A stretch of 61,282 bases of DNA, counting the filler. It is 10 parts of 10 records of this genome, joined end to end, with 100 filler letters (N's around TTAATTAATTAA, not from the genome) between each part and the next. Parts side by side here need not be neighbours in the genome. Positions count along the whole stretch, not along the records: positions 19,465 to 22,678 come from SRR7504441_265; positions 22,779 to 28,296 come from SRR7504441_269; positions 28,397 to 32,359 come from SRR7504441_271; 7 more parts are not named here. One strand, given 5' to 3'. The notes beneath the pieces are model-generated. The model was not told the DNA's origin. It saw only the letters and a program-made list of their open reading frames with translations, and searched no databases. Shown here piece after piece: positions 20,774 through 32,459 of the stretch (its first letter is position 1; each line of letters starts with the position of its first letter). Position numbers and translations under genes: made by a program.

Positions 20774-22678
20774 ATGGATCCACCGTCTCCTGGCATCGTC
20801 TTCGGCGACGCCACCGGACACACCTTCGCAGTCCGCCGAGCCATCGCCGCCTGCTCAGCCTCGCCTCCCCTGGGCTCGGCGCTGCTGCATCTCACCCTGA
20901 CCATCTGCAACGATGCGGTCCCCCGGGACATCCGAATGGAGATGCGCATGCCCCTATCCGCGGGCTCTCGCGTGTGTGGCTTCGCAATGGAGGACGGAAA
21001 CAGCAACTGGATTGAGGCGTCCGCGGTGCCTAAACGTACAGCGGCAGCTGTCGCCTATAAGGAGCAAGAGCTGGGCAGGGAGGTTGCTACGTGCAAGGCC
21101 GTAGCAGATGGCAACGTCTTCGCCACCGATGTCTTTCCGATGCCCTACGGACTGGAGCGCCGTGTGCGTGTGACTGTGCTGAGCCCGTTGGTGGCGACTC
21201 CCTCTGAGCTCCTCCTGAGGCAGCAACTCGGGTTCCTCAGTGGCAGCACTCCAGTTGAGCTGACTCTCGAGGTCCACCCGCCAACTGATGGCGGGCGGGC
21301 AGTCTGCACTGGCGCCGGAGAGGCCGTCTTCAGCCTCCCGCTACCCCCACAGCTGCCGCCCCAACTGCTGCTCTCTCCGGCATTCGCCCAGCATTTCTGT
21401 ATGTCGCTACCTGCTGCTGCCGTCCAATCCGCACTCAGCTCCGTGGTGAACGCGGGCACAGCGCCAGTGGCAGCTGCACGATCTGTCGCGGTGCTCTGCG
21501 ACTGCTCTGCCAGCTGCCGGCTGCCCGGCCGCGCTGAATGGCAAGCCACCTTAAGAGCACTTAGCGCTGCCGAAGCCCGCTTCGATGTTTACACATTTGG
21601 GATCACACTGCGTCGAATCGGCATTGGGCTTGGTATCGAGGAGGCTGTTAGCGCGCTGTGTAGCGTCGAGTCTGATGGGGGCACATGGCTCTTCTCCACA
21701 CTGGAGCTCCTGCAGTCCTTGGAGCATGACAGAATCCTTGTGTTTTCAGACGGTGTTGACAGCTTTGGCCCCGAGGGCAGTGCTAAGTTTGGCGCCGGGC
21801 TGGACAAGAGCCGTTTACAGCGTCCTATTGACTGTGTGATGCTTGAAAGTGCTAGTGTCAAGCCCGCTGTGCTGCGGGGCCTGGCAGCTAGAAGTGGAGG
21901 CAGATTCTACAGCTCTGTGGCCGAATCGTGCAGAGGGCACCAGCAAGCATACATTCAGCGTGTGGAGCTGGGCTTGGAGGAGCCCCAGGATATATTCATG
22001 GACGAGGCACTACGGACTGTTCCAGATTGCCGGTTAACTGCCACGGCGTGGTCAACAAGTGGTGACGGAGGCACACTGGTTGTTACTGGCACACTCGGGG
22101 AGAGCACGCCAGCATGGTGCAAGGTCACTGTCGCACAGGAAGGCAAAGTTGCGGTTGTGCAAATACCTTGGACTGAGGCTCGTGCTGTCGAGTCAGAGAG
22201 CCTAGGTCAGCTGGTTGCACTGCAGCATTGCGAGCAGCTGCTTCGTGAATTGGATTTCATCTCCTTGGACCCAGAGTACACCCAGTCACATGGTGCAGAG
22301 ATTGCAATGCGGTACGGCGTAGTGTCCGCTCACACGACACTCCTACAATTGAATAAAGCAGTCCAGTTTGTGGACAATGAAATTGCTTGTCCACAGGGTC
22401 ACCCAGAGTACGAGACTTATGTCCAGTTAGTCCAAGAGCGTGCCGCCACCGAGCAAGAGCGTGCAGTAAGCAAACAGCAGGCACAGGCCACCAAACAGAG
22501 GGCCGTGCAGAGCATGCTCGGTGAGCTGCAGTCGTATTTTGATGCGCCAACTGTCGTGTCGTGCAAGAGAAGAAGAGAGAGTAGCTTTGGCAACAACTAT
22601 TCGCCAACATCTCCAAGCTACTCACCAACAGCTCCAAGCTACACACCGACATCTCCAAGCTACTCACCAACATCTCCA
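20774..22678 (+). CDS. VIT + von Willebrand A domain protein with C-terminal YSPTSPS heptads (3' truncated), intronless
   Basis: VIT-like MPLSAGSRVCGFAME..GNVFATDVFPMP. MIDAS-like DCSAS, DGGT, LVFSDG. RYGVVSAHTTLL, then heptads. Confidence 0.78.
22598..22678 (+). repeat. 21-bp tandem coding repeat (YSPTSPS YSPTAPS YTPTSPS YSPTSP)
   Basis: Four units directly visible, cut by the contig end. Confidence 0.95.
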
Positions 22679-22778
22679 NNNNNNNNNNNNNNNNNNNNNN
22701 NNNNNNNNNNNNNNNNNNNNNNTTAATTAATTAANNNNNNNNNNNNNNNNNNNNNNNNNNNNNNNNNNNNNNNNNNNN
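22679..22778. other. Artificial contig linker
   Basis: N44-TTAATTAATTAA-N44. Confidence 0.98.
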
Positions 22779-23067
22779 GATCACACACACGTGGGGTTTA
22801 GTTCTCCTGCGCGCGGGCAGCCCCATGCAGCCCCCGGAGTGGCAAAGAGGGCGAGTTACTGCGTAACTTAGAAGGGGACGAATAGCGAAGTTGTGGGCGA
22901 ATCGGAGGATCATAGGTGGGTGGTACGTGCCCGATATCCAGCGGCCGATACTGTACCGATACTGATTAAACGACTTGACCGATATCCATTAACAATAATA
23001 CAAGAAGTTTGTCGAGTAGTGTATTGTCGATTCGGACGCTAATACAGTAATAACATACATAGTGCAC

Positions 23068-26000
23068 TCAAATAATCGCCACCGGATCGTCAGCCGGCAT
23101 TTCAGGCCTAATCTCATCAACATTGCCTCCTCCACCGGCATTGCTAGCTTCAAGAATGGCCACAATCTCGTCGGGCGACGGGCGCTCGGTTGGCAAAGAA
23201 TCCCAACAACGATCCAGCAGCCCAGCCAGCTCCGGCCAGCAACCGGCCATCTCTTGCCCGGGGCTCGGGCTGCCAGTCCCCAGCAGCTGAGGCCGGCCTC
23301 CCGAGCTCACGCACTCGAACAAAATGAACCCAAAGCTGTAACAATCCGCCCCGAAAGGATCGAACCGGACCTTCACTTCCCTCGCGCCTGACACCCCGCT
23401 GAGCTTGGGGCGAAGGCTGTCGGTTACCGCCGTTGGCCTCGAAGAGCCCACATTGCTCAGGAGCCAGGTGGTAGGCGGTGCTGACGTCTCTCCCTGGTCG
23501 GACGGTGGCTCGCCTGCTGACCGGTATCACTGCAGTAACCCTTGGGGCTAATAAAGCGCTACAGTACATACTGCTATATATACTAGTACTTAGTAGTATA
23601 ACAGCAGTCGCCTGCTCTCTGAGTCACTGCTCTGCTCGCTAGGCTCCTCCCGAATAGATGCCGCGCTAAAGTCCGTTATACACGCCACCTCCGCGCTATC
23701 CAACAGAACATTCCGCGAATTCAAATACAAATGCGCCACCCCGATCCGGTGGAGTGTCTGCAGCCCGCGTGCCGTGTCCAGCGCCCAGCCGAGCCGCCGG
23801 GCATGCCTGACGCTCCTGTCTGTCTCAAGCCTGTGAGCTAAGTCGTTCCCATCGCAGTAACTCAGCAGCAACGCTGAGTGTGGCGAATCCACGCAAAACC
23901 CTAAAAAATCGACGATATGATTGGCACGGTTGCCCCCAGCCCTGTGCAACTGACTGCTGATATGCGCCAGCACCTGCCAAAATTCCGTTAAAGTCGGTTG
24001 GAGTGCCGTTGGAGCGTGCCTTGGCTTCGCTTAGGAGCGCTATTGTGGCCAAGTGCCGGGCCTTTTGGCTTTCTTGGTCTGGTTTGGGCTTTTTGATCAC
24101 CACTGCGACGGAGTCCTCGCTGGCCTCGAGCCTGATTAAACAGTGTTAACAGTTTAAATGAGTGTTAAGTCACCGCCGGGCGAGTGAAAAGTCGGGCAAG
24201 TACTTGCAAGGCACCCGACCTTTCCAGAGCTCGCACCCGCTGCCACAGTCAGTTAGGATTAAATTAAATGTCTTATTCACATCGACTGACTGATCAGCCG
24301 GCTCGAGCGCTTAGGGTAAGTATGGATTACTACAAGTACTTGAAACTACTATAGATACCAGATACCAGCATTGCTATACCCAAGTACTAAGCCACCTGTG
24401 CTCCCCGAGCTGAAGCTCTTCAGTCCAGTCGTGGTACTGAAGCCGGAAACGCCTCGAGTAACCAGACGCCCGGTCCACAAACACTGAAGAGATCAGCCGG
24501 TGCTGGTAGGCGTTCCAGTAAATCCTGTCCAAATAGCCAATTCAACCCCTAAAATACTAATTGTACTGTATATATTACTTTTGCTATTATTATTAGCATC
24601 AATTTCAAGCACCTGTGAAGCGTCAAATCGAGCAGAATTAACGGCACCGCCAGCAGCAACTCCGCGTGCCTGTCCGTTAGCTTCAGTTGTTTTCCGTTAA
24701 ACCGCCCACCGTATCCACTCAGCGGCGCACTGCATGCTGTAGATGTACTGGATGTTGCCTTGATCAGATAAACCTTGGCAGAAAGCGGTGTTGTTGTCTA
24801 GATTCCGGCCGTCGCATTCAAATGTGTCGACTGGTGATGGAGGAATGATCGACTCCATGAACGACCCTAGCTCGAGCTTATATATCATTGAGCATAGGTG
24901 TGACACTGCCAGAGCAACCGGCAGCTCTCAGGCCACAGATTTGTCAGTTGTATACCTGCAGTGAGCAAAATGACCACAATTGTGGCCACGCCGGATGCTT
25001 GGTGCGGCAGCGCTTCGTCCTGCGGCCCGGCGTGACCGCTAGCACCATAGCTCGGCACTAGCAGCGTACTCGTATGAATAGTGATTATGATTATGATGAT
25101 GATTATGATTTGCTAGCACCTCGGTAGGCTGATCCGGGATGCAAAGAAGATACCGCCCTAACTGGCCCATCATGCCACACATCGCCCGCATCCGGCCAGC
25201 CAACGTCATCTCCGCACTGCCGCAGAGCACCAGCACCACAAGCGCCACCTGTGTTAACAGCTCACTCCAAATAAGGAAGGTGTTGTTAACCCCAAGCAGC
25301 GCGAATATGCCTTCACCCGCTGCTGCCAGCCACTGTCTTAACGAGATATCATCGAGATATCCGTTGCGAAGCAGGAACAGCGATACTGGCACCGTTATAA
25401 TCGCATACGTTGCGGCCACCCTCCGGGCCCTGCCCCGTCCTAATCAGGCAACGTGACTTAACACCTTCCTATTTTGGCAGTGCAGCTTAACACCTCCCGG
25501 CGCCGTTGACAGTCGGGTAGGGCTCTACAAACAGGTAGGCGCAGTAGCAAAAGATCATGTAACTGCACACACCGTCGCCCATGAGCCCTGTCGGCTCCGG
25601 AAATTTCCCGTTAAATCAGCCCCAAATCAAACCGCAATTACCATTAAATTAGTCACAGCCCGCATCACCGGAGCGCTCTCACAATCGCCGACGGCACCGG
25701 CAGCGGCGCCGGGGCCCCGAACGCGTCGTACGATGGACTGCTGGCCCCGCTGCCCCAACGGACTGTCCGTTATCTATCTATACCCGGGCACGACCTGCTG
25801 TGCCCCAGCGAAAAGGCCAGAATCGCGTCCAGGAAGCAGTAAAACGTGAGCATCGTCCGGGCCTGTCCGTTAAAATCCGTTAAAATCCGTTAAAATCGGT
25901 TGGAGCGCACCTCGATCCGCTCGAGCGAGAGGAACGACTCCTGTCACGGCGGTTATTTGCGGTAGCCGGCGGTGCCATCGTGCCTGGTGATCGAGGTTAT

Positions 26001-26490
26001 GAACAAGCTCGAACTCGTAGTAAACGCTTCGAGTGGCGACCAGCAAGAGCAGCATCCACCAGCCGCGGACCTGGCCAACGGACTGTGCTAAAAATAGACG
26101 GACGGCACCATCCACTGCAGCCCGATGCAGCCGACAGTCTGCGACGGCACCTGCGGATATATTTAGACCCGAATTATGAATTAAACCGGGCACCTCGGTC
26201 CAAATACCGCCGCACGTGGTGTCCCCGTTCCCGCAACGAACCCACCTGGCCAACGGAATTTCCTAAAAATAGACGGCGGCCGCCGCACGGGCTGCTTTGT
26301 TCGTAGCCCCGGCAGCGGCTTTGCTCCCCGGTCGCCTGATAAGATCCCGTTACTCTCAACGGCCACCGTTGGCGCTATAACGGACAATACCGCGCCGCCG
26401 GGCAGCGCAGCTCCGCCCGTTGCGGACTAAACGGCCGGGGCTCACCTCCTTGTAGGCGATCACAGCCGCGACAGCTAGCAGGATCGGCAT
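23068..26490 (-). CDS. Multi-pass membrane protein with C-terminal TKL-like (pseudo)kinase domain, many introns
   Basis: VVIK, SEAK|VL, HIVDFLG, HLYLNSRN, TDFS, APE, DCYSFG and RCW..P..RP motifs. Upstream exons are hydrophobic. Putative ATG 26490. Linkage of the 5' exons is inferred. Confidence 0.6.
25867..25896. repeat. (CCGTTAAAAT)x3 tandem repeat inside an intron
   Basis: Directly visible. Confidence 0.9.
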
Positions 26491-26759
26491 CGCTACCTGC
26501 CGTCTGCCGCTCGGCGACGCTAAGAGAGAGAGGGGGGGCGCACTTTGGGGCGCAGCCGGGTGGCGCGGTGCATCCCCCGGGCGCTCGGCCGGTCCAGCGC
26601 CGGGGTGCTCGTCAGGCTGAACGTCAAACCCATCGCCTTGCGCTGCCCTCCCCGCCAGCTTCCAACGGCAATCAACGGCAATCTGAACGAAACGACGCTC
26701 GCCTAGAACCTAGCGGGTAGGACAACAATGTGTATGCGTCGTTTGTAACCGGCACCCTA

Positions 26760-26806
26760 TAACGGCCTATAACGGCCTCTAACGGCCTCTAACGGCCTAT
26801 AACGGC
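26760..26806 (+). repeat. Five TAACGG copies at exact 10-bp spacing (unit TAACGGCCT[A/C])
   Basis: TAACGG at 26760, 26770, 26780, 26790 and 26800. Confidence 0.95.
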
Positions 26807-26833
26807 AAGGGGCGGCGTTTATGGACATACGAC

Positions 26834-28296
26834 TTACATACGACTAGGGCTACTATAATTATGATCGCTATCATCCGCGGTGTTCGCGTACTGTTCTCGT
26901 ATAATCTCTATCATCACCAAGGGCCCCATCGGGTGCCTCTTCAGCATCATACGTACGAGTAGACATCTCACATCATCATCATCATCATCATCATCATGCA
27001 TCATCGACATCATCATTGCAAAAAAAAGTTGGCAGGGACCCACCCCACTCTGCTGCATCTCGACCGTATCACCCGGAGCACGCGCATGGCTGGCTGCACT
27101 CTTCAACTCGGCGGGGGGCGGGCGGAGCGCCTCGGCAAGGTGGCTTACCGCTTGGTCCAGCCAAGACCCTGCTGGTAGGTGTAGCCTAGCTCCGCCAGCT
27201 CCACCCGGGCTCGCGCCTGGGCGTCCTTCCCAACCTGGACATTCTCGTCCTGCGCGCTCAAGAAGTCTTCCCGCTTTGGGGTGGGGCCGAGAAGGGTCGA
27301 ATGACCTGGAGCCAAGGCGCCATGATGCAGGTTGTTCTTCACCCCGTCCACCGTCTTGAGGGCTCCCAACCAAACGTGGTCGGCAGTGGTCATGCTCGCT
27401 TCCGGTCCGCGCACAATGGGACGCATGGCCAGCAGCTGCTCGTCCACGTTCCCGTGCTGGTCGACTGCGAGCTTGCGAGTCTGCAAGAGCACATTGGTCA
27501 GCCCCTCCCCCCTCCCCCCGAGCTTACCTTGTGGGTCAGCAACAGCTTGCTAGTGGTGTTCCCTGGGCTGCCGTCCGGCTGCGGTAGAGCTTGGGTCACG
27601 AGGATCCGCTTGGTCTGGCCGGCCGTAACCGGGTACTCCGGCAGCTTGTTTTGCGGGTTGCCGCAGCTGTCCTGATGCAGCTCTACGAGGAGCTTGATGA
27701 GGGCAAAGTAGAAATGCCACGCCAACGACCGGGAGGATTGCCCAGACAGGTCCCAGCCAAAGCATCTCAAGAGAGCCTTGATCTCAGGAGGAATATCACA
27801 CTTCAGCGCGTCGGGCGGCGTCCCGGATCCATTCGTGAGGTGCCCTGACTCGCCAACATACATCTTCTTCTGAGTGAAAAACAAGCTGACCTTCTTGTCC
27901 TCCTGCGGGCAGCACTCTTTCACCCACTGGTAGGCTGTGTTGTGTGCCCAGCGGAACAGGAACAGAAGGGCCTGGTCGTCTTCGCCGTCAGCCGGTATGG
28001 CTGCTAGCTTGAGCTCTTTGCTGATGTGCTTAGCCAGGTTGTCTTGCTGAAACACGTTCCGTCCGGTCTCGCCAGGATGGGCGCAACACTCCCAACCCTT
28101 TTCCTCCGACTGCTGCTTGGTGGGAAGAAAGTCGGGGTCAAGCCGGTGCAGCGCCTGCCGTCTCTGTAGCTCCTGCCGCTTCTTTGCCAATTTGGCCGCC
28201 CGCTCTGCCAGTTCCTGCTCAGTCATCTCCTCGCGCTTGCGCTTGACCGGTTTTTGCTTCTGCTGGGCCTCCTTCAGATTGCGGTATTCCTGCAGG
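26834..28296 (-). CDS. Hypothetical protein (5' truncated, 3' end uncertain)
   Basis: ORFs 27498-28226 and 27145-27492 are joined by a GTAAG..TTGCAG intron. No family recognised. Confidence 0.5.
26971..26997. repeat. (CAT)9 microsatellite
   Basis: Directly visible. Confidence 0.9.
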
Positions 28297-28396
28297 NNNN
28301 NNNNNNNNNNNNNNNNNNNNNNNNNNNNNNNNNNNNNNNNTTAATTAATTAANNNNNNNNNNNNNNNNNNNNNNNNNNNNNNNNNNNNNNNNNNNN
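28297..28396. other. Artificial contig linker
   Basis: N44-TTAATTAATTAA-N44. Confidence 0.98.
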
Positions 28397-28580
28397 GGTC
28401 CCAACGCGCGCTGGATCCATCATTTTCAACGGAAGGATCTCCTTCTCAGCAGCTGCTACCGGTATAATTATACTCACTCGTACATCGCGCAAGCACAATC
28501 ATTATATATACATCGCGCAAGTAACTATATATAGTTCACTGTAAAACTGCAATGGTCTATCATAAAAGCTGCTATCTATC

Positions 28581-31500
28581 TCACTTTTTGTTGAAAGCGC
28601 CCTTCATCCAGCTACTGGAGTCGTCAGCTTCCTTCTCCAATGTGTCTTGCCGCTTCTTCATGGCACTCTCTATCAAGAACTGCATCCACATGCGTGTAAG
28701 CAAACCTCTACGCGCGCTAATCACCTCCCGGCACTCCTGCTCAGATGCACCGTTTTCCCTCATGTTCTTGAGCCTGCGCTTCTCCAATGGGGTCCTCTCG
28801 CCCTCCAGGAGTGCTAAGTGGTCCTCCCTGCACCCGCCGCCTTATTAAGTGCTACAGCCTCAGCGTCCACCTCAGCTTATCCAGCTGCTGCTTCTTCTCC
28901 TCCATTTCCATCTGATCATCCGCTGCACACACGTCAATAATCAGCGAGTGCGAGCCGCACTCTGAAGCTGAATTATCTTGTCGAATATTTGCTGCTCCTC
29001 GGAAGAGGCTCCCTTCTTGACCTGCACCCAACACAGTCGCATCTGCAGCCGTCATGCCCAGGGCGTTCCAATGCCGTTGTGTTAGGCGGTCGCTACTGTG
29101 GACTATGCGTACTCAGCCCAGCTTTCTCACCTCGTCCATCATATCTGTGGCCTGCTTGGCTCTGCTGGCCCCCTCTCGATCTACTACAGCCTTTTTAATC
29201 TACCACCATACCCTTACTCCGCGCCTCAGCAGTAAGATGCACCTCTAGGTATCTTGCGTTGACCTCAGCCTGTGGCGTACCAGCCTCGATCAGCTTGGCC
29301 ATACTGTCGACCTCTTCCGTAGTCATTCGCCGCCTGACCTCCACTTGCTCCTGCAATCGATGATCACACTAATTGCTCAACCCGCAGCCCAACCTTCTGC
29401 TGAAGCTCGGCGTACGCTGCACGGATATCTTCATCGCTCTTGCCCTCCTGCTGCAGCCCCTCCAGGTATTCATGGTGCGCAGGATCCATCCACTGCCGCC
29501 AGCCTGAGTCTATCCGCACAGCATTGAGTCACCTCTGGGCATTCATCGTGCTCTAGCGCTCGATTCATCTCAGCCAATGCTTGCTCCCTGTCGCCAGCCG
29601 ACATCTCGCTTATGGCCTTCATGTCATACAATTCACAGCCCTGCCGGTGCTGCTAGCAGCCGGCCAGCCAGTGTTCCGAACCTCTGGGAGGCCACTGGCC
29701 ACTGCATCGTATTTGGGCGCAGGCAGCATGCCAGCGTCTCGTGCCTTCTTCTTCTCCGCTTCATGCTTCTCCTTGGCTTCAGCCCCCGCCAGCTCGGCCG
29801 CATGGGCCTCCTCTTTAGCCTTTGCTATTTCCTCAGGGGTGTAAAGCCCTAGCACCAACAGTCAACTCTGCAGCTCCCCAGCTGCCCACCGCCAGACTCA
29901 TTGATTTTGCCAAACATGCCGCCGAATGCTTTGGCGCTCTTGGCTTTGGCCTGCTCATGTTCCTTCTTCAGCTGCTGAAGCAACTTGCGGGCTGGAGCAT
30001 TCTGCGGCTCCAGTTTGCACAGCTTGCGCAGAGTGGCCTGCAGGCGCAATCAGCCTCGGCCTGGTGAGCTGGGCACCTGGGCTTGTTTTAGCTCGCGGTC
30101 GCCCTGCTGGGCTTGTGCTAGGCGGTACAAGCCCTTGGAATTCTCAGGCTGGCTCCGCAGCACCAGCTGGCAGGCCTGGACAGCCCCGGCCCATTCCTTG
30201 AGCTTGATCGCCACGGCTGCAGCGTTTAACAGCCCAGCACGCCAAAGTTCGCCCGCCTCGCTGTCGGTTGCCACAAATGGGGCCGGCTCCGCCAGATCCT
30301 TGGCAAACCTTTTCAGCTTGCACAGCTGGATCTGCTGATCACAGTCGCTCTGCCCCCGCCGACTCACGGCCGTTCAAGCCGTTGCCGGCCACCAGCAGCC
30401 AGAGCAGTCTCAGATACTTGAGCATCGCCGGCTCGAGCTCGCCTGAGCTGAAAAAGCTGTTGCCGCGAGCCTTGAGGTCGTGGGCCCATGCCAGCCTGGC
30501 CGAATCAGCCAAGCCGTTCGGATTGTCGGCAGGCGCCAGGACAGAGTCCACCTGCATCCCGAACGGTCAGCAGGCATCAGATTCAGTCAGGTTAACAGTT
30601 CACACCTGGACTTCAAACTCTGCCACGCTCGCCTCTGCCAGCTGCACTCCCAACACTGCCGCCATGCCCTACACCAACCCTCCATCCAGCCGCCCGCCAG
30701 CGCATACCGCTGCCATGGCCGCGGCCCTGTCCGGGTCTTTGACTTGCAGCCGGAACCTCTCGCCGTTGAAGGAAGTGTGCAAGGCCTCCACCCAGCCTCC
30801 AGTCAGCCTGCACCGCCACGCTGACCGCGCCCCAGCAACCAGGGCTGCCTCGGATGCCCGAGCACTGTGCTGCGCGGCCGGTCCCAGGCGGAGAAAGCCG
30901 CACAACGTACTCGCATCTCCACCCTGCTGACGCTCAGCCACCGCGAGCCGCGCCCACCCACCTGGCTTCGTCACTATGCGGCTCCCTGTTCTTGGCCAGC
31001 GCTTTCTCGAGTGCCTGGCCCGCCTCGTCAACAAAGGCTCTGACGGCATCTATCTACCGTTATATCAGCCTCTGGCGGGCCCAAAGGCCGTTTAATCCAG
31101 TCTATGCCTTGCTCGACCCTCACGATCTGAATCAGCTCGACTAGAAATTCAGGCTTGCCAGCCACTAGCATCATCGCCAGCTCCCCGCGCATCATCTGGC
31201 GTACGCCGGCCGCCACCGGTGGTGGGAGCTCGCCCTGGTGCTGCTCAGACAGCTGCACTGTGCTTACTGGGACGTGTTCGGGGATTGTCCGTTGCTCCAA
31301 GCACTCCAGCTTCTGCCACCGGAGCTGCACTTCAAAACCTCCGCATGGCCGCATCCAGCCGCGTCCACGGCGGAGCTGTCGGCTGAGCCAGGTGCCCGCA
31401 GTCGTCTCGCGTGGCGTGACGTCCCTTTGGGGCTGCCAAGAAAGCATTTCGACTGTAGCCTCCGGCTCGTCAGCAGGGCCGAACCAGGCGCGCTGTCCAG

Positions 31501-32259
31501 GTACCATTGTCATGGCGGCTTGGTGCAGCCAGCCCTCGGCAGGCGGCTGGATCTGGAGCTGCTGCCTCTGCTCCTGCCCTGCCTGTGTGACGAGCAGTTC
31601 AACAAAGTCGGGTGGCTGAGGCAGCATGTTGATCGCCTGCTGCGGTTCGCCCGGCCTGATCACTCGCTTGAGCAGAGGGCTGTCCTCTGAGCCCACGTCG
31701 CTCACAGACAGGCAGTCCACCAGCTCCAGATCGAATTCGACCGGCCGGTCAATCGGCTCACCTACAGGCAACCCGGCCAGCACGGCGGCGGCCCGCTCTC
31801 TCGTCAGGCAACTGAACCGGGCGGTGGCCCCTTTGGTCATCGCCCGCAGTGTGGTGCACAGCCCTGGGTCGGTCTTACCCCCGGACAGCCTGGCCGAGGG
31901 ATCAGCCGGCAGCCCGGCCTGTGCGCGCACCTGATGTGCAGCTGCTCGCTCCATTGGCCACAGCTCAGCCGCCAGCCCTCCTCCACCCCGAGGGCCGCCG
32001 GCGCGTCCCCGCCGCCGCGGATGCGCACCACCAGTGTATCGTGCTCGCCGGGCGACCGGCTGGGGCTGGAGCCCTTGGCCAGCCGGGCGACCTGCAGGTC
32101 GTCGGCGCCGGTGTCGAATTCGCCGCGCGACCAGGCTAGTTCGACCGCCTCGCGTTCGACCTGCTCGGGCAGCTGGTCCCCGGGGCGGAGCACTCGGGCC
32201 CCGGGGATGTTGATCCCCGCCAGCACCTCGTTGATGTCCTTCTTCTTCTTGCCGCTCAT
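28581..32259 (-). CDS. Multi-FKBP-domain + TPR immunophilin-like protein with long helical C-terminus, multi-exon
   Basis: Degenerate FKBP modules (LRAMTKG..VEFDLELV, LLKRVIRPG, GVRQMMRGELA). TPR motifs LKARGNSFF, LLNAAAVAIKLKEW, NSKGLYRLAQA. The 3' part could be a separate gene. Confidence 0.65.
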
Positions 32260-32359
32260 CGCTGGTGGGAGGACGACTCGCCCTTCCGAGCGATTTCCGT
32301 TACGATAACTCTGCCAGTCATCCGGAGTCATGCCCGCGCTCCGGCCGTGGCCCACTCTC

Positions 32360-32459
32360 NNNNNNNNNNNNNNNNNNNNNNNNNNNNNNNNNNNNNNNNN
32401 NNNTTAATTAATTAANNNNNNNNNNNNNNNNNNNNNNNNNNNNNNNNNNNNNNNNNNNN
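32360..32459. other. Artificial contig linker
   Basis: N44-TTAATTAATTAA-N44. Confidence 0.98.

Noticed and set aside
22598-22678. Calling this gene RPB1
   Set aside because: No RNA polymerase motifs upstream. The body is VIT-vWA.
26760-26806. CRISPR array or telomeric repeat
   Set aside because: 10-bp units with no spacers, no cas genes, internal position, and not a G-rich telomere unit.
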